A DNA stretch of 64,000 nt. Origin: Bdellovibrionales bacterium (GTDB lineage Bacteria; Bdellovibrionota; Bdellovibrionia; Bdellovibrionales; UBA1609). Below, one piece after another: positions 28,262-38,524 of the stretch. The first letter of the stretch is position 1, and each line of letters opens with the position of its first letter. The stretch covers positions 2,688,001 to 2,752,000 of the forward strand of contig OZ241329.1 in NCBI GenBank assembly GCA_965199825.1. The letters run 5' to 3'. Below the pieces are notes generated by a model, which saw nothing but the letters and a program-made list of their open reading frames with translations, did no database searches and had not been told where the DNA came from. A program made the translations under genes and the position numbers.

Positions 28262-28921
28262 TTGAAAAATAATAGGCAATTGAATAATCCAAAACTTTGC
28301 CCCCTCTGCAAAACCGCCCAAAATGAGCGTCTCGAAACACGCACATCAACTTATTTTGTTTGCTTCACTTGTGATTTGCATTTTCAAGATCCACAGAATC
28401 ATCTCAATGCGAGCGCTGAAAAAGAGCGCTATTTGCTCCACAACAACGATCCCACTGACATAAGATACCAAGATTTTGTGAGGCCAGCCCTCAACCAAAT
28501 TCTTGAGCGCTGTCCGCCATCGGCAAAGGGGTTGGATTTTGGTGCGGGCAAAAGTGCGGTACTCACCAGGATGTTGCGCGAAAACAATTATCACATTGAG
28601 CTTTATGATCCATTTTTTTGGACCGACGAATCGGTTCTGCAAAATAAATATGATTTTGTTTGTGCGTGCGAGGTGGTGGAGCATTTTTTTGATCCCGCCA
28701 AAGAATTCTCAAAATTGAAACAGCTGCTCCAAAAAAATGGGGTTTTGGTATTGATGACTCTCTTAAAATTGCCAGAGCAGGATTTTGCCAGCTGGTATTA
28801 CATCAAGGATCCAACCCATGTGGTTTTTTATTCGGCCAAAACATTTCAATTTATTGTAGATCAGTTCGGGTTTGCAAAACTTGAGGTCGTATCACCTCGG
28901 CTTGTGGTCTTAAGTGCTTAG
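28262..28921 (+). CDS. Class I SAM-dependent methyltransferase with N-terminal CxxC zinc-binding motifs
   Basis: CPLC...CFTC, GLDFGAG, EVVEHF and WYYIKDPTHV motifs; exact start uncertain. Confidence 0.85.
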   Translation: MKNNRQLNNPKLCPLCKTAQNERLETRTSTYFVCFTCDLHFQDPQNHLNASAEKERYLLHNNDPTDIRYQDFVRPALNQILERCPPSAKGLDFGAGKSAVLTRMLRENNYHIELYDPFFWTDESVLQNKYDFVCACEVVEHFFDPAKEFSKLKQLLQKNGVLVLMTLLKLPEQDFASWYYIKDPTHVVFYSAKTFQFIVDQFGFAKLEVVSPRLVVLSA

Positions 28922-30802
28922 CAATTGCTCGAGCTCTTCCCACCGGGTGTACTTACTCGACAATTCTTTTTCTAAATTTTTTTGCAGAGCCACCAATTCT
29001 TTCACCGCCGCGCCATCGGCATACACTTTGGTCAGTTGAGTTTGCACATCGAGCTGTTGGGCTTCGCTCTCGGCAATTTGTTTTTCGAGTTTTTCTTTTT
29101 CGCGTAACAGCTGGCGCTGCTGATTTTTTTCGCGCGGCTTTTTCTGCACGCTCGCTTCGGGCGCAGCGTTGCCCTGATCTTTTGCTAATTGATTGGAAGC
29201 CTCACGAATTTTGCGCGCCAAATATTCAGGGTATGTCGCTGTGGAATGAATCACCAGTGAACCCTCAGGTGTTGGCTCGATTTCTAAAACGCTATCCACC
29301 AGTGGCGTTACAAAATCGCGATCATGCGAAACCAAACATAAGGTACCATCGTAATCTTGCAAGGCTTCAAGTAAAACCCCGCGCGATTCCACATCCAAAT
29401 GGTTGGTCGGCTCATCCAGTACTAAAAAATTCGCAGGAGCTAAGAGTAATTTTGCAAGTGCTACGCGCGCTTTTTCGCCGCCCGATAAAACTCCACAACG
29501 CTTTTGAACCGCATCGCCCGAAAACAAAAAAGCTCCGGCAATCGCACGCACGTTAGCAACCGGCATATCGGGAGCCGTATTTTCCAATTCCTGCACGACC
29601 GTATTGTTCATATTGAGAGTTTCGGCCTGCATCTGTGAGTAATAACCGACCTGAACTTGGTGACCCAATTTAATTTCGCCCGAGGTGGGTTGAACTTGTT
29701 GGGCCAACATTTTCAATAAGGTTGTCTTACCTGCACCATTCACACCAACGATTGCGGTGCGGGTGCCTTTTCGAATCAGCCAGTTCAAATCACGAAATAA
29801 TTTTTTGGATTCAAATTTCATTGCGGCGTCTTTCACAATCACAATATCTTTTCCACAATGGGGAACTGGCGGAAATCGAAAATTGACGGTGGCCCGCGCT
29901 TCTGGAAGTTCGATGCGGTCCATTTTTTCTAAAGTTTTTAATTTACTCTGGGCCTGCCGAGCTTTACTGGCCTTGGCTCCAAAGCGACTCACAAAGGCTT
30001 CGACTTCGGCGATCTTGGCCTGTTGCCCCGCATACTGAGCACGCATGATTTCGAGTCGCTCTGCTTTTTGAATGGTGTAGGAATCAAGATTTCCGGTGTA
30101 GCTCCACAATCTTTTTTGATCGATCTCTAAAACCTCGGTCACAAGCCGATTTAAAAATGCAATATCGTGACTGATCACCAACATCGCACCGCGAGAGTTT
30201 TGCAAAAACTCTTCAAGCCACAAAAGGGATTCGAGATCCAAGTGATTGGTTGGCTCATCGAGCAGTAACAGATCGGGATCCATCAACAAAATGCGCGAGA
30301 GTGCGACCCGCATCAACCATCCACCGCTAAATTCGGTAAGTGATCTTGAGAAATCTTTTTCGCCAAATCCCATTCCGCTCAAAATAGTTTTTGCGCGCGA
30401 TTCAAGCCGATACTCATCAAGATGCTCAAGCTCTTCTAAAATTCGGCCGTAGCGTTCGAGTTGTTTTTCATCCACGTCTTTTTCAAATAAAATTTCGAGC
30501 TCGGCCTTTGCGAGAAGTAACCCCTCTCTGCGACCATCCATACGCAGCGTCTCTGCCAATACGGTACGGCCCGACATTTTGGGCACCTCTTGAGGCAGAT
30601 AACCAATTGCCAAGTGCGAGGTTCTTGCAACCTGCCCCGAGTCTGGCTCGTCAAAGCCCATCAAAATTTTAATTAAGGTGCTTTTGCCAGCACCATTTGG
30701 GCCAATCAGGGCGGTGCGTGAACGAAACCCGATATGCGCATTGGCATCTTCAAAAAGAGTTTTGGGTCCGTACTGTTTACTTATATTTTGGATGTGAAGC
30801 AT
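28910..30802 (-). CDS. ABC-F family ATP-binding protein
   Basis: Two ABC domains (GPNGAGKS, FSGGW, LLLDEPTNHLD; GVNGAGKT, LSGGEK), no TM segments, C-terminal coiled coil. Confidence 0.95.
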   Translation of the reverse strand: MLHIQNISKQYGPKTLFEDANAHIGFRSRTALIGPNGAGKSTLIKILMGFDEPDSGQVARTSHLAIGYLPQEVPKMSGRTVLAETLRMDGRREGLLLAKAELEILFEKDVDEKQLERYGRILEELEHLDEYRLESRAKTILSGMGFGEKDFSRSLTEFSGGWLMRVALSRILLMDPDLLLLDEPTNHLDLESLLWLEEFLQNSRGAMLVISHDIAFLNRLVTEVLEIDQKRLWSYTGNLDSYTIQKAERLEIMRAQYAGQQAKIAEVEAFVSRFGAKASKARQAQSKLKTLEKMDRIELPEARATVNFRFPPVPHCGKDIVIVKDAAMKFESKKLFRDLNWLIRKGTRTAIVGVNGAGKTTLLKMLAQQVQPTSGEIKLGHQVQVGYYSQMQAETLNMNNTVVQELENTAPDMPVANVRAIAGAFLFSGDAVQKRCGVLSGGEKARVALAKLLLAPANFLVLDEPTNHLDVESRGVLLEALQDYDGTLCLVSHDRDFVTPLVDSVLEIEPTPEGSLVIHSTATYPEYLARKIREASNQLAKDQGNAAPEASVQKKPREKNQQRQLLREKEKLEKQIAESEAQQLDVQTQLTKVYADGAAVKELVALQKNLEKELSSKYTRWEELEQLLST

Positions 30803-30993
30803 ACATAAGCTCCTAACACTTTCGCCCGGTCTTCGCCACCCTCGATATGCTGAGGCCCATTTGGGACCAAGCCTCTCATTTAATACCTTCGTTCACCTAC
30901 AAATTAAAGAACTGGATAAAATCCTTAACCTTGGTCGTAAATCTGTTAGGCTCGAGTCAAAAGCACAGGTCAATCCCCCAACGGAAGTTTTTG

Positions 30994-32049
30994 ATGATGA
31001 TTCTTTTTTTATTTTTTGCGCTGACCGCTCTGGCTGATACCTCATGTGAACCCGAAGTGAGGGCTCAATGTTTAAGTAAACCTTTTGAATGTCTTAATAA
31101 TACGTCGCTGCCCCAAAACTGCCGCGACGAGCTTAAACGTCTTTTACTTATTAAAAAGCAAAGCATGGAGCGTGGTGGAGGTGCCCTCACGTCGTTTGGC
31201 GGATTCAATGCGATCGGACCACAAATTCCAATGGCAGGTTATGACGGATACTTTGCAAATCGGATTGAAAATCGACTTTCGGTTTCACCACGACTGTATC
31301 AATCCGAAACCGATTCCCTAGGGCTGACCTTCTCTGTGGCCCAAACCCATTTTTATCAACCCTTAAAGCTCGACGATGGAGAAAATATTTCGAGCACATG
31401 GTCAAGATTCGAAATCAGCTCACAATATTCTTACAAAACTTTAAATAAAAAAAGTTGGTCTTTTAAAGGCGCGCTCGGCTATGCAGGGGATTCTCCATCG
31501 ACGATGCCAAAAGATCTCAGCTTTAGTTTTATGATGAGTTATGGTTTTGAAGGTTCAGGTACTGATTATTGGGTTCTTTTGGTGATGGTCGCAAACAACA
31601 GTCAATTTGCCAATTTTGTTCCCTTACCTGGATTTATATATATCCATCGCACAAAAACTTTAACCGGCCTTTTTGGATTTCCTATTCTGTCGCTTCAGTG
31701 GACCCCTTCCGCTCAAAGTTCATATTCGTTATCGCTTTTTGGGCTCAACGCTCAAGCCGAATATGCATATGGAGATGACGTTCGCTACTTTATAAACTAC
31801 TCCTATTTAATTCAAAGTTATATTCCGGCAAACCGAGCTGAAGATCGCGATCGCTTTAATATTCATGAACAAAAATTTGGTCCAGGGATTCGTTTGCCCG
31901 TTAATAAAACCAATCGATTCGAAGCCCAAACTGGATACAGTTTTGACCGAGAGAATTTTATGAGCACTTCGGTTTTTAAACGCGATGGTGGCTCCACCCA
32001 TCTTGATCCAGGATGGTTTGTGGCCCTGAGCCTCAAAAGTTTGTTCTAG
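30994..32049 (+). CDS. Putative outer-membrane beta-barrel protein with short Cys-rich N-terminal module
   Basis: Signal peptide from MMILF (ATG at 30994); amphipathic aromatic strands; C-terminal Phe. Confidence 0.6.
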   Translation: MMILFLFFALTALADTSCEPEVRAQCLSKPFECLNNTSLPQNCRDELKRLLLIKKQSMERGGGALTSFGGFNAIGPQIPMAGYDGYFANRIENRLSVSPRLYQSETDSLGLTFSVAQTHFYQPLKLDDGENISSTWSRFEISSQYSYKTLNKKSWSFKGALGYAGDSPSTMPKDLSFSFMMSYGFEGSGTDYWVLLVMVANNSQFANFVPLPGFIYIHRTKTLTGLFGFPILSLQWTPSAQSSYSLSLFGLNAQAEYAYGDDVRYFINYSYLIQSYIPANRAEDRDRFNIHEQKFGPGIRLPVNKTNRFEAQTGYSFDRENFMSTSVFKRDGGSTHLDPGWFVALSLKSLF

Positions 32050-32133
32050 TCAGGCGCAAGAGCTTTGTGTTCGAGCTTTTGAGCTTTAAAAACACTAAAG
32101 ATCATTGAACAGTCAGCCCGATCTAGTTTTTAA

Positions 32134-32162
32134 TTGCCACAGCCCTCTGCTTTTTCTATAAA
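32134..32162 (+). promoter_or_regulatory. Sigma70-type promoter of tRNA-His
   Basis: TTGCCA-N17-TATAAA about 20 bp upstream of the tRNA. Confidence 0.6.
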
Positions 32163-32181
32163 TAGCGCTTCCTTTCACTGT

Positions 32182-32258
32182 GGTGGCCATAGCTCAGTTG
32201 GTAGAGCACCGGATTGTGATTCCGGTTGTCGCGGGTTCAAGCCCCGTTGGCCACCCCA
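32182..32258 (+). tRNA. tRNA-His (GTG)
   Basis: G-1, acceptor stem GTGGCCA/TGGCCAC, D arm AGCTCAGTTGGTAGAGC, anticodon arm CCGGA-TTGTGAT-TCCGG, GGTTCAA T loop, encoded CCA. Confidence 0.97.
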
Positions 32259-32302
32259 AATACGCCTTGCAGTTGAAGTCAATTTCGTACTCAATTTAAA
32301 AT

Positions 32303-32815
32303 ATGACAAATTTGATTTTCGTTTTAATGATGAGCGCGCAAGCACTGATTTTGAACCCTCTTGGCCAACTTAAAAGCACTGCATGGGTTGGCCAATTTAA
32401 TACTCATGGTCTTACAAATGACATAGCCCTCGTTTTTCTTGATGAGTTCAACGCCAATCATCGCCTTCAATATTTTCATATTCTCGGAAAAACCGGTTTG
32501 AGCGAAATCTTAGGCCATGTTGACGAGTCTTGCGCACTGACGCCACGAACATTGAGTCTGTCGCCAATGTCATACACTGGAGAGATACACGTTTTTAAAT
32601 GTGAAGACGAACTGGACGACGCCCAAAAGCCCCGATTTGAAATACCGGTGAACTATTTTTCTCTACAGCAAAATCATTTGGAACTTATGGCAAAAATTTT
32701 GGGAGAAAATATTTATTATTCTCTTCACAGACGCGCGATCTCAGATGCCGACCTGAGATCTCCGCGATCGATTCACTCTTATCTAGAGCAAATTTTTAAT
32801 AAGGAACCGTACTGA
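32303..32815 (+). CDS. Hypothetical secreted protein
   Basis: 170-aa ORF with short signal-peptide-like N terminus (AQA). Confidence 0.55.
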   Translation: MTNLIFVLMMSAQALILNPLGQLKSTAWVGQFNTHGLTNDIALVFLDEFNANHRLQYFHILGKTGLSEILGHVDESCALTPRTLSLSPMSYTGEIHVFKCEDELDDAQKPRFEIPVNYFSLQQNHLELMAKILGENIYYSLHRRAISDADLRSPRSIHSYLEQIFNKEPY

Positions 32816-33230
32816 TCGTATTTGAGGGACTGCCAGAAAGAAATTTGGTACTGACCGCGACGTAAATCAAAACATGCCTTTTGGTATCGACAAATCTTAA
32901 AACTTTTAATTTTTTAAATAACAAACTTTGCGAATGGCGAAATACCTCTTCTGGTTCCTCTGGCAAAGTTTGTGTCATGCTCACATGTCCAATGGCCGAG
33001 CAAGAAATCCCCATACGAGCAGGATCCTCTGCCACACCCATTGCACCTTTGACTCCACCCGATTGGGCATGACTCAAGTAGCAAGCAACACCGCTCACTT
33101 TTGGGTCTTCAAAGGCTTCAATCGAAACTCGATCGTTTCGCCCGATCATCCGAAAGTTTGTACTTACCGAACCAATCTGATCACTTGCAAAAGTATAAAA
33201 CGGAAAAGCCAGAACCAATAATCGAATCAT
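32796..33230 (-). CDS. creA: CreA family protein
   Basis: IEAFEDPKVSGVACYLS..GGVKGAMGVAED and EVFRHSQSLLFK..V.RF.D motifs; ATG at 33230 with GGAG. Confidence 0.85.
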   Translation of the reverse strand: MIRLLVLAFPFYTFASDQIGSVSTNFRMIGRNDRVSIEAFEDPKVSGVACYLSHAQSGGVKGAMGVAEDPARMGISCSAIGHVSMTQTLPEEPEEVFRHSQSLLFKKLKVLRFVDTKRHVLIYVAVSTKFLSGSPSNTISTVPY

Positions 33231-33284
33231 TTTTATCTCCTGTTTTTTGTGGGGCATTGATTCAAGTTGTTCTATACACAAGTT

Positions 33285-35168
33285 ATGAGCATTCTTCTTT
33301 ATCTGATTTTGTGTTTTGAAAATTTACGAGCCGAAACCCTTATCCTTCCAGAAATCACAGTGGAGGCTCAAAAAACCGCAACGCCACCAGATTCTACTCA
33401 ACGTGTTTCGGGTGCACGCCTTCAGCGTAAAAAACAAAATAATATCGGCGAAAGCCTAAAATCCGAGTCTGGGGTTTCGGCCTCTGAATTTGGGCCCAGT
33501 GCAAGCCGCCCAATTTTACGCGGACTTGAGGGTGATCGGGCCCGAATTTTACAAAATGGTTCGGGCGTTTTAGATGCCTCCACCTTGAGCCAAGATCACG
33601 CGGTCGCAATTGATCCATTAGTTGTTGATCAAGTTGAGATTGTAAGAGGACCAAAGGCATTACTCTACGGAAATCAGGTGATTGGTGGTGTCATCAATCT
33701 AAAAACAAATCAGATCCCGGAACATTTAAATAATGAATCAGAAATCGAAGCCTCGGGCTCAACCACCGACTTCAGCAGAACTTTATCATTGAGCACCGAT
33801 CGTCAAATCCAGGATCACTTGGAAATTCATCTGGATGCCACAGGTCGGGCATTTGAGAATTATCATGCTGCAGGCACAGAAATCGAAAATAGCGCAAACA
33901 GGACGGCCTCACAGACTGCAGGAGGCTCCTATGTGAACGACAAAGGATTTTTTGGGATTTCGTTTTCGAATTACAATTCGCTTTATGGAACCGTGGTTGA
34001 TCCAAATGGATTGATCACACTCTTGCAACAACATGTGGACTTTGCTTCGAGTCACAAACTCGACGGATTATTTGATCTCCTATCGATTAAAAATTCTTTT
34101 TCACATTACACTCACGACGAGAGAGATCTCAATGTCACCGCCTCACGCTTTAACAACGACGGCGATGATTTGCGTCTTGAAACTCACCACCAGGCAATAA
34201 TGAATTTTGGTGGAACTCTCGGGGCTGAGGTTGCAATCTCCCGATTTGCTGTTGTTGGCGAAGACAAACTGATTCCAGAATCTCGCACCTCAAAATATTC
34301 AATTTTTTTATTTGAAGAATCTGAAGCTAAAATATTTAAGCCTTCGTTTGCTCTTCGTTTTGAGCAGGATCAAATTCAAACCAATGACGATGCTGCTTTC
34401 GGGCTTGGTCAAAAGAAATCATTTGGCAGTAGCAATGTAGCGGTTGGATTTTTATATCAACTTAATTCACAAAACAGTTTCAAAACAAATATTGGTTACA
34501 CCGAACGAGCCCCTACATACGATGAGCTTTTTGCTCAAGGCCCCCACGATGCCACTAAACAATTTGAAATTGGTGATCAAAATTTAGATCTTGAAAAAGC
34601 GCGGTCGCTCGAACTGGTGTGGCTGTTTGAAAATGACGTTTATCGATTTCAAACATCGGTTTATGTCCAAGATTTTTTTGGTTTTGTGTCGCTCGCTCCA
34701 ACAGGACAAATCGATTCGGCCTCGCAATTGCCGAAATATCAATTTAACCCAGTGGCCGCGCGTTTTTATGGAGGTGAATTTCAGGCTCGCCAAAAAATCA
34801 GCCCAGTTTATTCTCTCGAGTTAAAATTGGATTCGGTCACAGCCTTTGATCGTTCGACTTCAAACAGTCTTCCTCGAATTCCGCCAATGAGAGAGATGTT
34901 AGCTTTGCTTTATAATGGAGATCGGTATCAGGCCGATTTAGAAATCGTAAATGTTCATCCACAAAATCAAAATGCGCCGAATGAGTCGACAACAGGAGGT
35001 TATGCTCTCCTCAATGCCGGACTCAATTTGCCAAATAAAAAATTTGAGGTCTTTGTCAGACTTAATAATATTCTTGATACACTTGCTCATAACCACACCT
35101 CAGTCATTAAAGATGTGGCACCTCTCCCAGGCCGAAATTTTAGCGCCGGGTTGAGAATGGATTTTTGA
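33285..35168 (+). CDS. TonB-dependent receptor (ZnuD-like subgroup)
   Basis: Plug motifs FGPSASRPILRG, DHAVAIDP and EIVRGPKALLYG; terminal PGRNFSAGLRMDF. Confidence 0.88.
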   Translation: MSILLYLILCFENLRAETLILPEITVEAQKTATPPDSTQRVSGARLQRKKQNNIGESLKSESGVSASEFGPSASRPILRGLEGDRARILQNGSGVLDASTLSQDHAVAIDPLVVDQVEIVRGPKALLYGNQVIGGVINLKTNQIPEHLNNESEIEASGSTTDFSRTLSLSTDRQIQDHLEIHLDATGRAFENYHAAGTEIENSANRTASQTAGGSYVNDKGFFGISFSNYNSLYGTVVDPNGLITLLQQHVDFASSHKLDGLFDLLSIKNSFSHYTHDERDLNVTASRFNNDGDDLRLETHHQAIMNFGGTLGAEVAISRFAVVGEDKLIPESRTSKYSIFLFEESEAKIFKPSFALRFEQDQIQTNDDAAFGLGQKKSFGSSNVAVGFLYQLNSQNSFKTNIGYTERAPTYDELFAQGPHDATKQFEIGDQNLDLEKARSLELVWLFENDVYRFQTSVYVQDFFGFVSLAPTGQIDSASQLPKYQFNPVAARFYGGEFQARQKISPVYSLELKLDSVTAFDRSTSNSLPRIPPMREMLALLYNGDRYQADLEIVNVHPQNQNAPNESTTGGYALLNAGLNLPNKKFEVFVRLNNILDTLAHNHTSVIKDVAPLPGRNFSAGLRMDF

Positions 35169-35772
35169 ACCAAGTTTTTTTGGTCAATCGGTCGGTACAC
35201 ATCACATCATGGATCGCCATGGAGGCCTCAAGCGCTCGCGCATCTTCTTCAAGAAAGGAAACTTTTAAGCCGGATTTGATGGCGATCGTCATAATTTTAT
35301 TAAATTCGGTTTCAAATTTTGCAAATTGCGATCGGCTGGCTTCGAACTCAGTTTTATTTTGATCAGTAGAGGTCAAATATTCAGTATTGATTTGGCGGAG
35401 TAAACTTAAGGAATTTACGGTTCCACTTTCTGCAATCAATCTTAAGAAATAAAGCAAATGATCGGCTTTATTTTCCTTCAAGGCTCTTGCAACCACCCAA
35501 ATATTAAAATTTTTCGCTATCAAATTAAACTCTTCGGTGCGCACACAAATGATCGCGATTTCGGCGGTTAGGGGATTGATATGCATGGTTTTCAGTTGAT
35601 CAACAGTGGTCATAAATGTGTCGATATCAAAGGTCAGTCTATGGGGCGAAACCACAAGCGCACCTGCACTAGGAACCTGGGCAAAATCGATCCCCTCAAT
35701 CTCAACTTTTGGATCGCTGGCCAATGCCACTTGAGTAAAAACACAACAGATTAAAGCTATAAGTTTTTTCAT
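35140..35772 (-). CDS. Hypothetical secreted protein
   Basis: Signal peptide (ALA); GAGG upstream; CTDRL near the C terminus. Confidence 0.65.
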   Translation of the reverse strand: MKKLIALICCVFTQVALASDPKVEIEGIDFAQVPSAGALVVSPHRLTFDIDTFMTTVDQLKTMHINPLTAEIAIICVRTEEFNLIAKNFNIWVVARALKENKADHLLYFLRLIAESGTVNSLSLLRQINTEYLTSTDQNKTEFEASRSQFAKFETEFNKIMTIAIKSGLKVSFLEEDARALEASMAIHDVMCTDRLTKKTWFKNPFSTRR

Positions 35773-35915
35773 AATTCATAAAATACCTCATTTTGCGTCA
35801 AAGAGAAATAGGCGTGAAATTCTATACACTTCCGTCAAAAAGGTAATCACTTGCGCAACCTCCAAAAAACGCTCTCCGGCTTGGCTTTCAAAGAATTGTA
35901 AACTATAGATTTGAT

Positions 35916-37157
35916 ATGGCTTTACCGTCTTGGGACATTCTGCAACAAAAGCTAGGCATCCTTGCCGATGCCGCAAAATATGATGCCTCCTGCTCGAGTA
36001 GCGGTTCTAAAAGAAAGCGCGAAGAAGGCGGAATGGGCAACGTTGAGGGTATGGGTATTTGCCATAGTTATGCCCCTGATGGACGCTGCATCAGTTTGCT
36101 CAAAATTCTTATGACAAATTTTTGCATTTACGACTGCAAGTTTTGTATCAATAGAGTTTCAAGTGATGTCAAACGCGCAAGATTCAAACCCCAAGAAGTG
36201 GTTGAGCTCACCCTCGAATTTTATCGCCGTAATTATATTGAAGGCTTATTTTTAAGCTCCGGAATTATTGAATCTTCAGATTCAACAATGGAGCAGTTGA
36301 TTGAGGTTGCAAGATCATTACGCCAAACTCACCGCTTTCAAGGCTACATTCATTTAAAAGTTGTGGCAGGCTCATCCAAAGAATTAATCGAGGAAGCGGG
36401 TTTGTGGGCCGATCGAATAAGCGCCAACATTGAAATGCCTCAACAAAAAGATTTGGATGTCTTGGCACCTGCTAAAACAATTGAGCAAGCAACAACTTCG
36501 ATGAAGCAGATTTCAAATAAAATTGACGAAACAAAAGAAGATAAACAAAAACGGATTAAACACACACCAAATTTTGCGCCCGCGGGACAAACCACCCAAA
36601 TGGTCATTGGAGCAACTCCCAGCCCCGACCGTTTGATTTTGTCTTCGAGCGAAAATCTGTACAGCAATTTCGGTATTCGACGTGTTTATTACTCGGCCTA
36701 CAGTCCAATCCCCCATGCCGATTCATATCTTCCACAAGGTCAGCCTCAGCTCATCCGCGAGAACCGTTTATACCAAGCCGATTGGCTCATGCGATATTAT
36801 AAATTTAAGGCCCACGAACTGACCGATGATGCCTCACCCGATCTTGCTCTCGATATTGATCCTAAGGCGGCTTGGGCACTTAAAAATCGCCATTATTTTC
36901 CAGTGGACGTCAACAAAGCCCCGCGCGCCCAACTTCTTCGCATTCCTGGTATCGGGGTAAAAAATGTGGACCGAATTATTGAGATGCGGCCCTACCGTTT
37001 GATCACCCTTGCTGATTTGGCAAAACTCAGAGTGTCGATTAAAAAAACAAAATATTTCGTTAAAACCTCCGATCACAATCCCGATTTGTATTTGCTTGAT
37101 TCTTTGTCACTTGAATCTCGTCTCAAACCACCCGCCCAACAGCTCTCGCTTTTTTGA
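35916..37157 (+). CDS. Putative DNA modification/repair radical SAM protein (TIGR03916-type)
   Basis: KLGILADAAKYDASC, CIYDCKFC (CxxxCxxC), RENRLYQADWL and C-terminal HhH (LLRIPGIG). Confidence 0.92.
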   Translation: MALPSWDILQQKLGILADAAKYDASCSSSGSKRKREEGGMGNVEGMGICHSYAPDGRCISLLKILMTNFCIYDCKFCINRVSSDVKRARFKPQEVVELTLEFYRRNYIEGLFLSSGIIESSDSTMEQLIEVARSLRQTHRFQGYIHLKVVAGSSKELIEEAGLWADRISANIEMPQQKDLDVLAPAKTIEQATTSMKQISNKIDETKEDKQKRIKHTPNFAPAGQTTQMVIGATPSPDRLILSSSENLYSNFGIRRVYYSAYSPIPHADSYLPQGQPQLIRENRLYQADWLMRYYKFKAHELTDDASPDLALDIDPKAAWALKNRHYFPVDVNKAPRAQLLRIPGIGVKNVDRIIEMRPYRLITLADLAKLRVSIKKTKYFVKTSDHNPDLYLLDSLSLESRLKPPAQQLSLF

Positions 37158-37160
37158 TTA

Positions 37161-38519
37161 ATGACAACGATCGGTTTATTTAAAAAATGGCGAGATCAAG
37201 CGCGAGATCTTTTAAAACAAGGAATTGCCCCCGAAGGCGCACAATTTGATTTAAACCAGATTGGTTTATTTAAAAGTTCGCCAAAGGCAGTTGGCATTGA
37301 TAAGCCAATTGTTCCTCCCGAATTTTTGAAGGCTGCAGAACTCGTGGCGCACTCTCAAGATGAGGATCGATATGAGCTGCTCTATCGAGTTCTTTTTCGT
37401 TTGCAGCATGAAAATCCCCAGCTCATGAAAATTCTGGTGGACAATGATGTCAGCCGATTACTGACGCTTGCCAAAAATGTGAGTCATGACATTCACAAGA
37501 TGCATGCCTTCGTGAGGTTTAAACAAGTCGACATTGAGGGGGTGACCACTTACCAAGCCTGGCATCAACCCCGGCATTACATTTTAGAACTTGCCGCACC
37601 TTTTTTTGTGCGTCGATTTGGGGATCGTCCTTGGTCGATCTTTACACCTGACGATTCAGCCCATTGGGATCTTGAGACCCTCACCTTTTGTAAAGGCATG
37701 ACCCAAGAAGAATTTAAAGCCACCGATCCCTTTGATGAAGTGTGGAAAACTTATTACCGCTCGATCTACAATCCGGCCCGCCTCAAGATCAAAGCGATGC
37801 GCAGAGAAATGTCTCCGGAATATTGGAAGAGCTTGCCCGAAAGTAGCATTATCGGCGAACTCATTCGAACAACTCCAAAGGTATTACAAAATATGGCTTC
37901 TAAACCAAATTACTTAAGTCACCCTACCCCCAACCAAGATTGGCAAAGCCTCAAAAATGAAGCCCTCAACTGTAGAGCTTGTCCACTCGGTGAACCCGCA
38001 ACCCAAACTGTGTTTGGTGAGGGATCGCTCAATGCCCAAATCATGATCGTTGGTGAGCAACCCGGCGACCAGGAGGATCTAAAGGGACAAGCCTTTATCG
38101 GACCTGCTGGAAAAATTTTGGATGAAGCCCTGTTTCATGCTGGACTTGATCGAAAAGAAATTTATGTCACGAATGCAGTTAAACATTTTAAGTTTGTTCA
38201 TCAGGGAAAACTACGTTTGCATAAAAAACCAAACGGATCAGAAATGCATGCCTGTAAGCCGTGGCTCGAAGAAGAAATAAAATTGATCAAGCCAAAGGTG
38301 ATCTTAAGTCTAGGTGCTACCGCTGCAACAGCAGTTTATGGGCGGTTAGTAAAAATTCAGGCCGAACGCGGTCAGCCCCTACAGCGTGGGACCTCAATGC
38401 TCCTGACTTCATGGCATCCTGCGGCCATCCTCAGATCCACCTCACCCGAAGAACACCAAGAGCGATTAAAAGAACTCATCGAAGACTTGAAGTTAGCAGC
38501 CGAATTAAGTCAAAATTAA
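37161..38519 (+). CDS. DUF4130 + UdgX-type uracil-DNA binding protein fusion
   Basis: HKMHAFVRF and WKTYYRSIYNPARL (DUF4130); CRAC, VGEQPGDQED, KHFKF, KLRLHKKP and HPAAILR (UdgX). Confidence 0.9.
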   Translation: MTTIGLFKKWRDQARDLLKQGIAPEGAQFDLNQIGLFKSSPKAVGIDKPIVPPEFLKAAELVAHSQDEDRYELLYRVLFRLQHENPQLMKILVDNDVSRLLTLAKNVSHDIHKMHAFVRFKQVDIEGVTTYQAWHQPRHYILELAAPFFVRRFGDRPWSIFTPDDSAHWDLETLTFCKGMTQEEFKATDPFDEVWKTYYRSIYNPARLKIKAMRREMSPEYWKSLPESSIIGELIRTTPKVLQNMASKPNYLSHPTPNQDWQSLKNEALNCRACPLGEPATQTVFGEGSLNAQIMIVGEQPGDQEDLKGQAFIGPAGKILDEALFHAGLDRKEIYVTNAVKHFKFVHQGKLRLHKKPNGSEMHACKPWLEEEIKLIKPKVILSLGATAATAVYGRLVKIQAERGQPLQRGTSMLLTSWHPAAILRSTSPEEHQERLKELIEDLKLAAELSQN

Positions 38520-38524
38520 AGGCT

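Noticed and set aside
27973..28349. Pro/Lys-rich and antisense ORFs (27973-28245, 27980-28207, 28110-28349, 28135-28344)
   Set aside because: Several frames are open only because the C-rich repeat lacks stop codons; unit lengths are not multiples of 3
32182..32258. tRNA-His as an integration site for an island or prophage
   Set aside because: No integrase and no duplicated tRNA 3' end noticed in the window
33261..33284. Zur/Fur box before the TonB-dependent receptor
   Set aside because: Only a poor partial dyad (TGTTCTATACACA); not supportable
35890..35910. LexA/SOS box before the radical SAM gene
   Set aside because: Only a GTAAAC half-site and no dyad; could equally be a -10 element
38261..38524. 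N-terminal extension of the 366-aa ORF overlapping udgX
   Set aside because: The overlap is a shadow frame; a signal peptide begins at the ATG at 38525
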